From positions 1 through 51,280 of the IMG/VR virus record IMGVR_UViG_3300037155_000067: a DNA stretch of 51,280 nucleotides, one strand, 5' to 3'. The DNA is from a virus. Its lineage: Duplodnaviria > Caudoviricetes. Each line of letters opens with the position of its first letter. The first letter of the stretch is position 1. Of this stretch, positions 37,007 through 46,763 are shown in pieces. The position numbers were made by a program, and so were the translations under genes. Under the pieces are notes generated by a model. It was not told the origin of the DNA and made no database searches. It saw only the letters and a list, made by a program, of their open reading frames with translations.

Positions 37007-38140
37007 ATGAACGGCGCAGAGTTTGAACTAGCGCAGCAAGTACTCCGTGCAAATCCGGGCCAGCCCACTTGGGCACGGTGCAATCAGTGCAATGATCCGG
37101 CCACGCAGTTTGTGCAGACAGGCCCAGACGAGTTCATTCTTTTCGATGACATGCACGCGCCAGCCTACGCTGAATCTTTGAATCTGAGTGTCGGTCCCGC
37201 AATAACTTTGAGTCTGAATGCGACCCCAATAATCTCCGGTGCTCGCCCCTTTCCTAGCAATCCGGCGGCGCTAAGAGAAGCATTGCTGCCGTCCAATCTG
37301 ACAGATACGGTTTCCAAACTAAGTGGTCCCGGTTTTGCTAAACTTCGTTCCTTAATGAGCGGCAAATTCGGAATCCGCTACCAGTCCACGGGGGTCGCTG
37401 CGAACCGCGCTCAAACTCGTATACTCATGCAGACCGTCTACGCATCGACCAAGAATCCCTACATGGTGAATTTTGACCAAGTCATCCTCGACCCATTCAC
37501 AGGAACGGATGTCGCTGCCACTGGCGTCTTGACGAGCGACAACACTGCACCAGCGGACGGCGCTACGGTGACGATCGGCACGAAGGTCTACACGTTCAAG
37601 ACGACGCTGACGCCGACCGAGGGTCAGGTTCTTATCAACTCGACGGCAGACGCGGCGCTCCTCAATTTGATTCGGGCGATCAACCACACCGGCACGGCAA
37701 ACACAGATTATAAATGCGCGGCTGCTAATCCTGACGTAACCGCGGCGAGCAGTGTGACGGCTCACGCTTTCCAAGTGACAGCGACCATACCGGGGGTATC
37801 GACCGTGGCGACCACGGAAACCTCGGCTCATTTGAGCTGGGGAGCGGTGACGCTCGTAGGTGGCTCGCGCGCCGGCCAATTCGATCTCGTGGAACGCAAT
37901 TCGAGCGATGTTGTTACTTTTGATGACTATGGAAACATCGTGCCCGGCGGAAGCCAAGTAACACTCGCAACCAAATCCGGGTTCACGGGCGGGAACACCA
38001 CGGGCAATTGGTCGAGTCTCGCCAAAGTAATTACGGTCGATAAAACTTATAGTGTCGTTTTTGTTCCAGGTGCGGCTGGCGACGGCAGCTTTTCGATAAG
38101 CATTCGGGGGTTAAACACTATAGCCTTGGCGGAGGCATAA
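37007..38140 (+). CDS. Virion structural/decoration protein
   Basis: ATGVLT...ADGATVTIGTKVYTF...LIRAIN virion-domain motif; AGGAGA SD and a promoter-like TTGACT/TAGAAT upstream. Confidence 0.6.
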   Translation: MNGAEFELAQQVLRANPGQPTWARCNQCNDPATQFVQTGPDEFILFDDMHAPAYAESLNLSVGPAITLSLNATPIISGARPFPSNPAALREALLPSNLTDTVSKLSGPGFAKLRSLMSGKFGIRYQSTGVAANRAQTRILMQTVYASTKNPYMVNFDQVILDPFTGTDVAATGVLTSDNTAPADGATVTIGTKVYTFKTTLTPTEGQVLINSTADAALLNLIRAINHTGTANTDYKCAAANPDVTAASSVTAHAFQVTATIPGVSTVATTETSAHLSWGAVTLVGGSRAGQFDLVERNSSDVVTFDDYGNIVPGGSQVTLATKSGFTGGNTTGNWSSLAKVITVDKTYSVVFVPGAAGDGSFSISIRGLNTIALAEA

Positions 38141-38142
38141 TT

Positions 38143-38613
38143 ATGGCTGATTTCGGACCTGGGTACGACCCCACTCAAGCCAATTACCTAACAGCCGACG
38201 ACCAAGCCATCGGCGCATTGATTGGTCTGGCAGCCCTTGGGATGATAGGTATTGGCGCATTTTTTGCAGTGGAACTAACAGTGGCCGAAATCGAGGTTTC
38301 AATCGGGGATGAGTTGGTTATTGGTATCAACGGCGGTGAGTACTTTGGAGTCACCCAGGCGGAAGCCGATCTATTTGATACGATGGAGACCGCGGAGGGG
38401 CAGTATCTGACCGCAGACGAGGCTACTCAGTTAAATGAACTCTCCAATACAGGGGACGGGGCGCCTCTGTTTAGAGACACGGCGGTTGTTGTAGCCCTCG
38501 ACCAGTATGATGACTCGTTCAATCAGGATGACGCTAACAGTATGAACGACTACCTTGATAACAGTGTCAGCGGGGATTGTTATAGTGATCCTCCTACTTA
38601 TTGCGAGGAGTAA
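38143..38613 (+). CDS. Extremely acidic single-TM protein
   Basis: 31 D/E versus 1 R and 0 K by hand count; hydrophobic Gly-rich helix. Confidence 0.6.
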   Translation: MADFGPGYDPTQANYLTADDQAIGALIGLAALGMIGIGAFFAVELTVAEIEVSIGDELVIGINGGEYFGVTQAEADLFDTMETAEGQYLTADEATQLNELSNTGDGAPLFRDTAVVVALDQYDDSFNQDDANSMNDYLDNSVSGDCYSDPPTYCEE

Positions 38614-38616
38614 AAT

Positions 38617-38997
38617 ATGAGCCAACCCCAACATTTACCTTTCCTCAACCGCTTGCTTGTAAATCACGTTATCAGAACGGCTACGACTCGTTCGGTATCA
38701 TACGTGAACCAAATTGCCGACCAAAATTACACCCGTTCGGCTTACATTCTCAGGATTCTCAGAGCTTCCGTTGGCGTGCAATTGATTGTCTTACGTTTAT
38801 GCAACGCATCTAGCGAAGCGGGCCAAAAGCAACTTGCGGTTATCTTAACTCTGTTTTTCACTTTGACCCCTGCTAAAAAGGCGGCATTTATCGACTCTTT
38901 TAGAACTACTGCTTCGATGGCTGGTGATTCCCTGGTAGATATTGCCCTTGGTACAACCTATGACCAGGGTCACGTTCCGCCGAGATTGCCGCCCTAA
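38617..38997 (+). CDS. Basic helical hypothetical protein
   Basis: Arg-rich; adjacent to the acidic protein. Confidence 0.55.
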   Translation: MSQPQHLPFLNRLLVNHVIRTATTRSVSYVNQIADQNYTRSAYILRILRASVGVQLIVLRLCNASSEAGQKQLAVILTLFFTLTPAKKAAFIDSFRTTASMAGDSLVDIALGTTYDQGHVPPRLPP

Positions 38998-39046
38998 AGA
39001 TTTTTGTTGACACGCTGAAAAATTTGTCGTAGCGGTCTTTTCGAGG

Positions 39047-39173
39047 CCAGTAGTGTCCGGCTCTTGGAGTGCGGTGCTCATCACCGCACGGAAGGCACTG
39101 GTTAAAGGTGTCGGGATTCATCCTTCCCGATAAGCGCGGCGGTCGCATTCCGCCATGCAGCCAACCTTTAACC
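39047..39173 (+). ncRNA. Structured 5' leader of the major capsid gene
   Basis: Hairpin GTGCGGTG/CACCGCAC; stem GGTTAAAGGT/ACCTTTAACC enclosing TCGGGA/TCCCGA and GGCGG/CCGCC; TTGACA at 39007. Confidence 0.55.
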
Positions 39174-39186
39174 AACGAACCAACCA

Positions 39187-40530
39187 ATGAAACATCTCTT
39201 CAAACTCGCAGCTTATCTCATTGCGCTCGTGACAGTATTTTGCCTGTCCGGGCAGCATTCCGCCGCTGAAAACACTTTCGCCATCGTCGCCCTGATTGGC
39301 GGCATGGGCTTCACGCCATCGCTCGTAATGGGCGTTTGCGCCGAATTAACCGCGTTCCGAACGGCTGTGGAATCACTCGATCAACGTGTCCTGAGAAGCC
39401 CACGCCTCGGTCGCGCTAATTTTTGGCGTAACATGGTTCCACGTGGAACGTTTATGAAAAACGTCGGTGTCACGCGATCGACGTTCCAAATCAAAGCTTC
39501 CGAGCCGCAGGATAACCAGGCGCTTTGGCAGGCAATCACGCTCTCGGCTGGGCTGCCATTGCCAGCTTGCGACACCAATTACGAAGATGTCGGAGTCGGC
39601 TACTACGAGCGCACCTGGAGCCCGAAACAGCGCCGGTTCGAGGGTCCGGTAATTTGTAAAGCCGATCTGACGTATCTGCACGAACCCGAGCAGTTCCTCA
39701 ACGATTACGTGGACGAAATGGGCCGATATATGGCGCGCGTGTGGGAATTCAGTCTGCGCGCCGATATGCTCTATTTCGCCAACTGGTACGTGGACGGATC
39801 GAAATACTCCGGGCCGAACGCGCTGGCCACTCTCCCAATCGCTTCACAGGGCATCAGCCAGACGAACCTCAACCTGATGGCCACGGGCCAGATCAACGTC
39901 GGCGCCGGGTCGGACCCCGATGGCGGTTACACAGTCCTCGGTCCGAACGGTCCGATTTTCCCGCTCGAGATAGACATGAACGATTCCGAGAAGATCCTCA
40001 TGGCAAATCCGACGATCCGCGATGACGCTCGGTTCGCCTCGATGGGGCACGACAGCAAGGCCGATTTCGGTCTGTGGCGCGCGATCGGTTGCGAACGGGT
40101 GATCGGCAATTACCGGCACGTTCCGACCAACATCTCGCCGCGGTTCAACTTTACCGGTGACGTCTACGTCGGGGTCAGCCCGTTCAAGGACGTTTCGGTA
40201 GTCGGTACTGATGGCGTGATCCTGACGGACGCGTACATCGGAGCTGCGTACCACACCGCGATTCAGTTCACGCCGCAGGCATTCACTGCCGAAGTCGTGC
40301 TGCCAACCGATTGGAAATGGCCGAACGCGCAAAATTACAATGGCGAATGGGACTTTGAGATCGGTGGGTACCGGATCTGCAACCCAGCCCGGTTCGATCC
40401 AGAAGGAGAACTCGGACGGCATTTCGCGAAATTGGTCTACGCCGCAAAGCCAGAGCACCCGTACCTCGCCGCAGCGTATATGTACAAAAACTGCCCAGCG
40501 ACATCGAACGCGATCATATTCTGCAGTTGA
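39187..40530 (+). CDS. Major capsid protein with a hydrophobic N-terminal extension
   Basis: Size, position, own promoter and downstream hairpin; C-rich third codon positions; the HK97 fold is not verifiable by eye. Confidence 0.7.
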   Translation: MKHLFKLAAYLIALVTVFCLSGQHSAAENTFAIVALIGGMGFTPSLVMGVCAELTAFRTAVESLDQRVLRSPRLGRANFWRNMVPRGTFMKNVGVTRSTFQIKASEPQDNQALWQAITLSAGLPLPACDTNYEDVGVGYYERTWSPKQRRFEGPVICKADLTYLHEPEQFLNDYVDEMGRYMARVWEFSLRADMLYFANWYVDGSKYSGPNALATLPIASQGISQTNLNLMATGQINVGAGSDPDGGYTVLGPNGPIFPLEIDMNDSEKILMANPTIRDDARFASMGHDSKADFGLWRAIGCERVIGNYRHVPTNISPRFNFTGDVYVGVSPFKDVSVVGTDGVILTDAYIGAAYHTAIQFTPQAFTAEVVLPTDWKWPNAQNYNGEWDFEIGGYRICNPARFDPEGELGRHFAKLVYAAKPEHPYLAAAYMYKNCPATSNAIIFCS

Positions 40531-40549
40531 TCACGTAAGAAGTAAACCT

Positions 40550-40590
40550 AAGCTGCCGGTGGGCGTAAAATCCTACCGGCGGCTTCCTTC
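40550..40590 (+). terminator. Hairpin/terminator after the MCP
   Basis: AAGCTGCCGGTGGG-loop-CCTACCGGCGGCTT followed by a pyrimidine tract. Confidence 0.6.
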
Positions 40591-40592
40591 TT

Positions 40593-40943
40593 ATGAGTTG
40601 CGATCCAGCCTATTACCCGCTGAAAATACGGCGGGAAATCACGTTTGGTCCGCTCACGGTCACATGCCAGGACGTAAATGCCGTCCCCGTAGACCTCACG
40701 GGGTTTCTGGTGTTCGCGTTGGCCAGGCCTGAGCTTGAATCGACAACGAACATCGACCTCGGGCCAGTGATAACCGATCCGGTCAACGGCGTCATCACGA
40801 TAGCCTTCACCGACGAGCAGACGGCCGCGTTTGCGCTTGGCGAGTACGTGTACGACATCGTGCTGGAAGATGGCAGCGGCAACCGGTTGAACCCGATTTT
40901 AGCTGGTCCACTATCGATTATCGACGTTGTAAGCCGGGAATAG
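40593..40943 (+). CDS. BppU-like Ig-fold virion adaptor
   Basis: PVDLTG...DPVNGVITI...T......YVYDIVL. Confidence 0.7.
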   Translation: MSCDPAYYPLKIRREITFGPLTVTCQDVNAVPVDLTGFLVFALARPELESTTNIDLGPVITDPVNGVITIAFTDEQTAAFALGEYVYDIVLEDGSGNRLNPILAGPLSIIDVVSRE

Positions 40944-40947
40944 CGGT

Positions 40948-43575
40948 ATGAGTGACATCGCGATCGTAGTCGTCACCGAACCCTGTGCCGAGGTGGTACA
41001 GATTGTTCTCGAGAGCCCGTGCCCACCGTCGTTTAACGTTACGTTCCCGGCAACGGGACCGAAAGGGTTAACCGGGGTTACGGGTGTCACGGGTGTGACT
41101 GGCGCGACGGGAGCAACCGGCCCGACGGGACCAACAGGTCCTACGGGTGCGGGTGTGAGCGGAGTAACTGGGGTGACTGGCAACACGGGTCCAACGGGAC
41201 CGATAGGTATTTCAGGCGTCACTGGGGTGACTGGGGCCACGGGCGCGATTGGAATTAGCGGGGTGACGGGCGTGACTGGCCCCACGGGACCGACCGGCCC
41301 AACTGGGATTGGCACGACCGGAGCCACTGGCGTTGGCATCACGGGCGTCACTGGAGCCACAGGCCCGGCGGGCGCAACTGGTCCAACTGGCATTGGGACA
41401 ACGGGCGCGAGCGGCGTCGGCACGACCGGCACAACCGGCGTTACCGGGGTCACAGGGTCTACAGGACCAACCGGGTCTGGCGTGACTGGCGCCACAGGCC
41501 CGACCGGCGAAACCGGCTCTGCCGGAGCAATTGGTCAAACCGGCGTGACGGGTCCGACTGGAATCGGCGTGACTGGAGCAACGGGAGTTTCGGGGGCTGC
41601 TGGTGGTGTCGGGGTAACAGGATCGACCGGTCCCACTGGAGGAACGGGCGCAGCCGGTGCGCAGGGTGTGACTGGAGTAACCGGAGCGGGAACAACTGGA
41701 GTGACCGGGGTGACAGGCCCAACTGGAGCGGGCGTCACCGGAGTTACGGGCGTCACTGGACCAATTGGCGTTACGGGTGCGGGTGTGACGGGGGATACAG
41801 GTCCGACCGGGGGTACAGGCGCGGCGGGCACGCAAGGCGTGACTGGCGCTACCGGTGTGACTGGAGCTGGAGTCACAGGAGCAACCGGACCAGCGGGAAC
41901 TCAGGGAGTCACTGGGGTAACTGGCGTGACAGGTTCGGCGGGATCAACCGGAGCAGATGGATCTAATGGTGATAATGGCGCAAATGGCGCAACAGGACCA
42001 ACAGGTCCGATTGGTGTAACGGGAGCGGCAGGCGCGCAGGGTGTCACTGGAGTGACCGGCTCGGGAACAACCGGTGTCACGGGTGCTACAGGGCCGACGG
42101 GAGTGGGTGTAACGGGTGTGACGGGCGTTACGGGTGTCACTGGAAACACTGGCACGACGGGAGCCGGGGTTACGGGGGTCACTGGGGAAACGGGACCAAT
42201 TGGCGTCACGGGTGCTGGAGTTACGGGCGCAACGGGGCCAACAGGGGGCACAGGTGCAGCAGGAGCGCAAGGAGTTACCGGTGTCACGGGCGTTACTGGA
42301 GCAGGAACCACGGGAGCCACGGGAGCCACGGGAGCCACGGGACCGACCGGACCTACGGGTGTGACAGGGGTTACTGGAAACGCTGGCGTAACTGGTGTCA
42401 CGGGAGTTACTGGACCAACATCAGTTGGCACGGCCCTATTTTCCGCTACGGCTGACGGAACTAATAATGCGACTGCATCTGACGTTAGCCTCATCGGAAC
42501 TGGAGTTGGATCAAAGACGACTTCCGCAAATTACTTTTCTGCTGGTACATCTCTGATAATGGTTGCGAAAGGAACTGTATCGACGGCAATCACGCCAGCT
42601 AATCTTACGATCAACATAAAGGCTGGTTCGGTAGTAGTCGCTACGGCTTCGAGTATTGGGCTAACGGGCGCTCTATCGGGTTCAAACTGGGAGCTATATG
42701 CTCTTATTACCTGCCGAACTACCGGCGGAACTGGCACTTTCAAATGTAACGCTCTTTTTGCCGCTACGGGATCAGCTTTAACGCCTCTCGAAGCAAAGAT
42801 CGTTGATTCTGGAAATACGGTCGATACAACAGGAACTATCGCTTGGGATTTAACAGCCGCATGGGCAAGCACGACGGCAGGCGATATCATTACGGGAACG
42901 AATTTCGTCATGTTCACTCCCGGCGCGGCCGTAGCAGGCTCGTACCTTAACCGTCAGATTCTAATAAGCGGTACGACTTATACTCCCACGAGCGGAACGA
43001 AAACCATTTTAGTAAGGGTATTTGGCGCTGGCGGTGGTGGCGGGGGTGCGCTTGGCGGTTCATCTACGGCTGGCATCGGAGGAGGCGGCGGTGCTGGCGC
43101 ATACATTGAAGTAAGAATTACAGGCGTAACTAGCACGTATGCTTATACGATTGGCGCAGGCGGATTAGCTGGAGCCATCACGGGAGCTACTGGCGGAACT
43201 GGCGGAAACTCAACTTTTGTCAATGGCGCAACCACCTACACGGCAGCAGGTGGTGTCGGTGGAGGGTCACTCGCTGCTGGCTCCACTGCAAATTTTGCGC
43301 TAGTCGGCGCAGGAGGAGCACCTACAAATGGAGACTTACAAATAACAGGCTGCGCAGGCTGGGGAGGACTTCGCGTCTCTGGAACTAATGCAACTGCCGG
43401 GAATGGCGGCTGCAATTTTAACGGTGCGTCAGGTGCAGGCAAACAATCAACAGCGGGAGCAGGGGGAACACCGAGTTACGGAGGTGGAGGAGGCGGAGCT
43501 TTGAGCCTTACTGCCGTAGGACAACTTGGCGGAGTTGGAGGCGCTGGACTTATCGTAATCGACGAATTTCAATAG
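40948..43575 (+). CDS. Long collagen-like (Gly-X-Thr) fibre with a glycine-rich C-terminal domain
   Basis: About 455 aa of GVT/GAT/GPT triplets (41056-42420); [15 protein letters not shown] domain. Confidence 0.88.
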   Translation: MSDIAIVVVTEPCAEVVQIVLESPCPPSFNVTFPATGPKGLTGVTGVTGVTGATGATGPTGPTGPTGAGVSGVTGVTGNTGPTGPIGISGVTGVTGATGAIGISGVTGVTGPTGPTGPTGIGTTGATGVGITGVTGATGPAGATGPTGIGTTGASGVGTTGTTGVTGVTGSTGPTGSGVTGATGPTGETGSAGAIGQTGVTGPTGIGVTGATGVSGAAGGVGVTGSTGPTGGTGAAGAQGVTGVTGAGTTGVTGVTGPTGAGVTGVTGVTGPIGVTGAGVTGDTGPTGGTGAAGTQGVTGATGVTGAGVTGATGPAGTQGVTGVTGVTGSAGSTGADGSNGDNGANGATGPTGPIGVTGAAGAQGVTGVTGSGTTGVTGATGPTGVGVTGVTGVTGVTGNTGTTGAGVTGVTGETGPIGVTGAGVTGATGPTGGTGAAGAQGVTGVTGVTGAGTTGATGATGATGPTGPTGVTGVTGNAGVTGVTGVTGPTSVGTALFSATADGTNNATASDVSLIGTGVGSKTTSANYFSAGTSLIMVAKGTVSTAITPANLTINIKAGSVVVATASSIGLTGALSGSNWELYALITCRTTGGTGTFKCNALFAATGSALTPLEAKIVDSGNTVDTTGTIAWDLTAAWASTTAGDIITGTNFVMFTPGAAVAGSYLNRQILISGTTYTPTSGTKTILVRVFGAGGGGGGALGGSSTAGIGGGGGAGAYIEVRITGVTSTYAYTIGAGGLAGAITGATGGTGGNSTFVNGATTYTAAGGVGGGSLAAGSTANFALVGAGGAPTNGDLQITGCAGWGGLRVSGTNATAGNGGCNFNGASGAGKQSTAGAGGTPSYGGGGGGALSLTAVGQLGGVGGAGLIVIDEFQ

Positions 43576-43598
43576 CAGTAAATAAAAGAAGGAATACC

Positions 43599-43772
43599 AT
43601 GAACGCATCAATTCAAAAACAAGTTCTGTTTGCATTAAACGAGCCACCGCAAATTAGTTGGACGGTGGCCACTCAATTTGGGGAATTATCTCAATCTATT
43701 ATTTGCGAGACATTGCCCGAAGCTCTGGATGCAGTGGAAACATACTTTTCACAGATACCTGATCCAGCGTAA
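43599..43772 (+). CDS. Small protein, possible fibre chaperone
   Basis: 57-aa ORF with an AAGGA SD; abuts the next ATG. Confidence 0.55.
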   Translation: MNASIQKQVLFALNEPPQISWTVATQFGELSQSIICETLPEALDAVETYFSQIPDPA

Positions 43773-45617
43773 ATGAACATCACCGCGGCCAGTGTCAATC
43801 AGCCTGATGTGTTGGCGGCTATCAATTCAGCTTCGGATGGTGACACGATAGTTCTACCTGCCGGTACGGCGAGTTGGACTGCGGGTATTACCATCACTAA
43901 AGGCATCACGTTGCAAGGTGCGAACGTGAATCCCGGTGATGATCTGACCGTTATTCTCGATGACGTGGCCAGAGGTCTACCTTACTCTTCTACAGCTATT
44001 AAAATAAGGGTAAATGCCGCGCAATCATTTCGTCTCACTGGAATTACTTTCCGAAACGGTTCGCTCACATCGACTGGAGCTAATGGAATCGTTACTGGAA
44101 GTACTTTGACCGGTCCTTGCCGATCTTTCAGGGTTGATCATTGCCATTTCGATCAGCTTTATCAGGACAATAACCTGTATATTGCTGGCTGGATATATGG
44201 AGTAATCGATCATTGCATTTTTGACGGACGATCTGACGCTTCCAATCTATCTATCCTAGTGCAACATACCACTTGGGGAGGAGGAACGAACCAGTTCGGC
44301 GATGGTTCCTGGGCTGACTATCCGTATTACGGAACTGAGAAGTTCGTCTTTGTTGAGGATTGTGTATTCAACAACCCTAACCCACATACTCACGTCAATA
44401 TGAGTGGCCCGGATTGCTACGGAGGCGGCAGATACGTTTTCCGAAACAACACTAGTTACAGTTGCGCATTTGGTGGCGGAGATCACGGAACCGAGTCGGG
44501 CGGACGTTTACGGGGCGGACGGTGCAATGAGGTTTACAATAACATCATTAACGATTCACACATAGGAGATAACGGCGGAGAGTTACGAGGCGGAGGTTCT
44601 CTTTACCACGATAACGTCGTAAACGGAATTACTAACCCGACAAAATCTATTTCTCAATATCGCGAGTGGTGGCCTTTTCCAAAGTTTGGAGGAACAGCGG
44701 GAACATCTGGAGATCCCGCGCTCTCGGCGGCTGGAACAAGTCCTTGGGATTTGAATGACACGGAGGGAAATGGAACAAACGTACCCGGTCATAGCCCATA
44801 CCTGTATCTCAGTGGAACGCATAATGGCGGTAACGGATCGGCCACTCTAGTCGATACAACTAAGAGTTGGACGACGAATCAGTGGGTAGGATGGAGTATT
44901 TCAAACATGACGCAGTTGGTTACTCTTACGGGAGCGATTGGTCGTTACGGCTCCTTCATTAAGTCGAACACCGCTACCACGATCACTTTCTACGTGGACG
45001 GTTCATTTGGAACGCCGATGTTTTTCAACGCCGGAGATGGATATGCAATACACAAAATTCTCAGGTCGCTAGATCAAGGCGCGGCCGGTAAAGGCGATTT
45101 ATTGAAAGGCCAAACTCCGGTCAATACCGCAATGGGAAACACGGCCGCATGGACACACGAAGCTCTGGAGCCGATTTACTACTGGAACAACACCGGCACG
45201 AGCGGAATGACGATCGCAACCATTTTCCCGTCATTCGAGGAGAACCGGGATTATTTCAACCTCGGCAACAGTTTTCCCGCGAATTCGACTCCTGCGGCGG
45301 TATCGGCCATGTACGTCGCGGCGCTCAATGGAGTGGATTACACCGGCCCCTACGTTTACCCACACCCGCTCGTCACGGGAATTCCAGGCCCAACGGGCCC
45401 GACCGGACCAACTGGACCAACTGGCGCCACAGGACCGAGCGGAACAGGTGGAACCGGCACCGGAGCGACCGGCACAGGCTCAACGGGCACCGGGGCCACA
45501 GGAACGGGCGCAACCGGAACTGGGGCTACAGGCACAGGCGCGACAGGCACAGGTGCCACGGGACCAACCGGTATTCATTCAGGAATTCGCTCGACAACAT
45601 TCAAGCTTTGCGATTAG
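43773..45617 (+). CDS. Right-handed beta-helix (pectin-lyase-like) spike with a C-terminal GXT/GTGAT stalk
   Basis: AAINSASDGDTIVLPAGT, then VDHCHF, IDHCIF, VEDCVF and VFRNN beta-helix rungs. Confidence 0.8.
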   Translation: MNITAASVNQPDVLAAINSASDGDTIVLPAGTASWTAGITITKGITLQGANVNPGDDLTVILDDVARGLPYSSTAIKIRVNAAQSFRLTGITFRNGSLTSTGANGIVTGSTLTGPCRSFRVDHCHFDQLYQDNNLYIAGWIYGVIDHCIFDGRSDASNLSILVQHTTWGGGTNQFGDGSWADYPYYGTEKFVFVEDCVFNNPNPHTHVNMSGPDCYGGGRYVFRNNTSYSCAFGGGDHGTESGGRLRGGRCNEVYNNIINDSHIGDNGGELRGGGSLYHDNVVNGITNPTKSISQYREWWPFPKFGGTAGTSGDPALSAAGTSPWDLNDTEGNGTNVPGHSPYLYLSGTHNGGNGSATLVDTTKSWTTNQWVGWSISNMTQLVTLTGAIGRYGSFIKSNTATTITFYVDGSFGTPMFFNAGDGYAIHKILRSLDQGAAGKGDLLKGQTPVNTAMGNTAAWTHEALEPIYYWNNTGTSGMTIATIFPSFEENRDYFNLGNSFPANSTPAAVSAMYVAALNGVDYTGPYVYPHPLVTGIPGPTGPTGPTGPTGATGPSGTGGTGTGATGTGSTGTGATGTGATGTGATGTGATGTGATGPTGIHSGIRSTTFKLCD

Positions 45618-45628
45618 GGTTTTGGTGA

Positions 45629-46723
45629 ATGTCCGTTCTTCACCTCGTCGCGCTGCCCCACGTAAAATTAGGCACCGCTGAGACATGTCTTTGCGCTTAT
45701 TCCGGCAAGTGCGAAAAATTCGTCCGCATGATGAAAGACAGGCACGAAGTCGTCGTTTATGGCGTAGAGGGGCCTGAATTGCCCGGCGCTACACTCGTGC
45801 AATGCCTGAGCGATGCCGAGCGCGTTAAAACGTTCGGCGCAGACGATCCGAACCGATTACCAGATTGGCCGACGGACGCGCAATCGCTTCAGTTTAATCT
45901 CAACGCCGCGGCGGAACTCCAAAAACGCGCGAAACCGGACGAACTTATACTTCTCTCGGGCGGCCTTACGAATCTGCCGATTTTCAAGGCTCTACCGGGT
46001 CGATTATTCTGCGAGCCTTTCGTCGGGTATTTTGGGGTCATCGGTGGGAATTCTTGGGCAGCTTTTGAGAGCTATTTCCACATGTCCCAAACTTACTGTA
46101 AAAACGGGACTAATGATATTCGTTGGTTCGATACCGTGGTCCCGCCATTCTGCGACAAAGCTGAATTCCCAAACGTCAATACCGGAAACGGTGATTACCT
46201 CCTTTTTGTCGGCCGCTTGATCAGCCGAAAGGGGCCGACAATTGCCCTAGAAATCGCCAAGGCCGCCGGTTTGCCGCTGTATGTCGCCGGCTCAGGCGGC
46301 CGCATGGAGGGCGACGTTCTGGTTGGTCAGGATGTGCGCCTTGATGGGAACGTGAAATACTTCGGACCTGTCGGAGTCGAAAAACGTTCCGAACTGATGT
46401 CGGGAGCGATAGCGCTTGTTTGTCCTACGACGTACTTCGAACCTGGCGGGAACATCGCGATTGAGGCAATGATGGCCGGAACTCCTGTAATTGCACCAGA
46501 CTCGGGTGTTTTTTCCGAGACGGTTCAGGACGGCGTCAGTGGATTCCATTTTCGAATGCTCCGTGAAGCCGTCGAGGCCGTGAAACTGTGCGATACGCTC
46601 GATCCGGAAGAGATTCGGAAATATGCCAGCGATCGGTACTCACTGGAAGCCATCGCGCCGCGGTTTGAACACTGGTTCGAAAATCTCCGGCTGCTTTTTG
46701 GCAAGGGTTGGTACTCGGAATAA
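45629..46723 (+). CDS. GT-B fold glycosyltransferase (GT4-like)
   Basis: YLLFVGRLISRKG and EPGGNIAIEAMMAGTPVI (ExxG...E motif). Confidence 0.9.
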   Translation: MSVLHLVALPHVKLGTAETCLCAYSGKCEKFVRMMKDRHEVVVYGVEGPELPGATLVQCLSDAERVKTFGADDPNRLPDWPTDAQSLQFNLNAAAELQKRAKPDELILLSGGLTNLPIFKALPGRLFCEPFVGYFGVIGGNSWAAFESYFHMSQTYCKNGTNDIRWFDTVVPPFCDKAEFPNVNTGNGDYLLFVGRLISRKGPTIALEIAKAAGLPLYVAGSGGRMEGDVLVGQDVRLDGNVKYFGPVGVEKRSELMSGAIALVCPTTYFEPGGNIAIEAMMAGTPVIAPDSGVFSETVQDGVSGFHFRMLREAVEAVKLCDTLDPEEIRKYASDRYSLEAIAPRFEHWFENLRLLFGKGWYSE

Positions 46724-46763
46724 AACCGATTGCGGCAACGGGCTGCCATAGTAAAATCCGGGC

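Noticed and set aside
41056-42420. Repetitive DNA as a CRISPR array or DGR
   Set aside because: The repeats are degenerate 9-nt coding units with no repeat-spacer structure; no cas or reverse transcriptase gene is present
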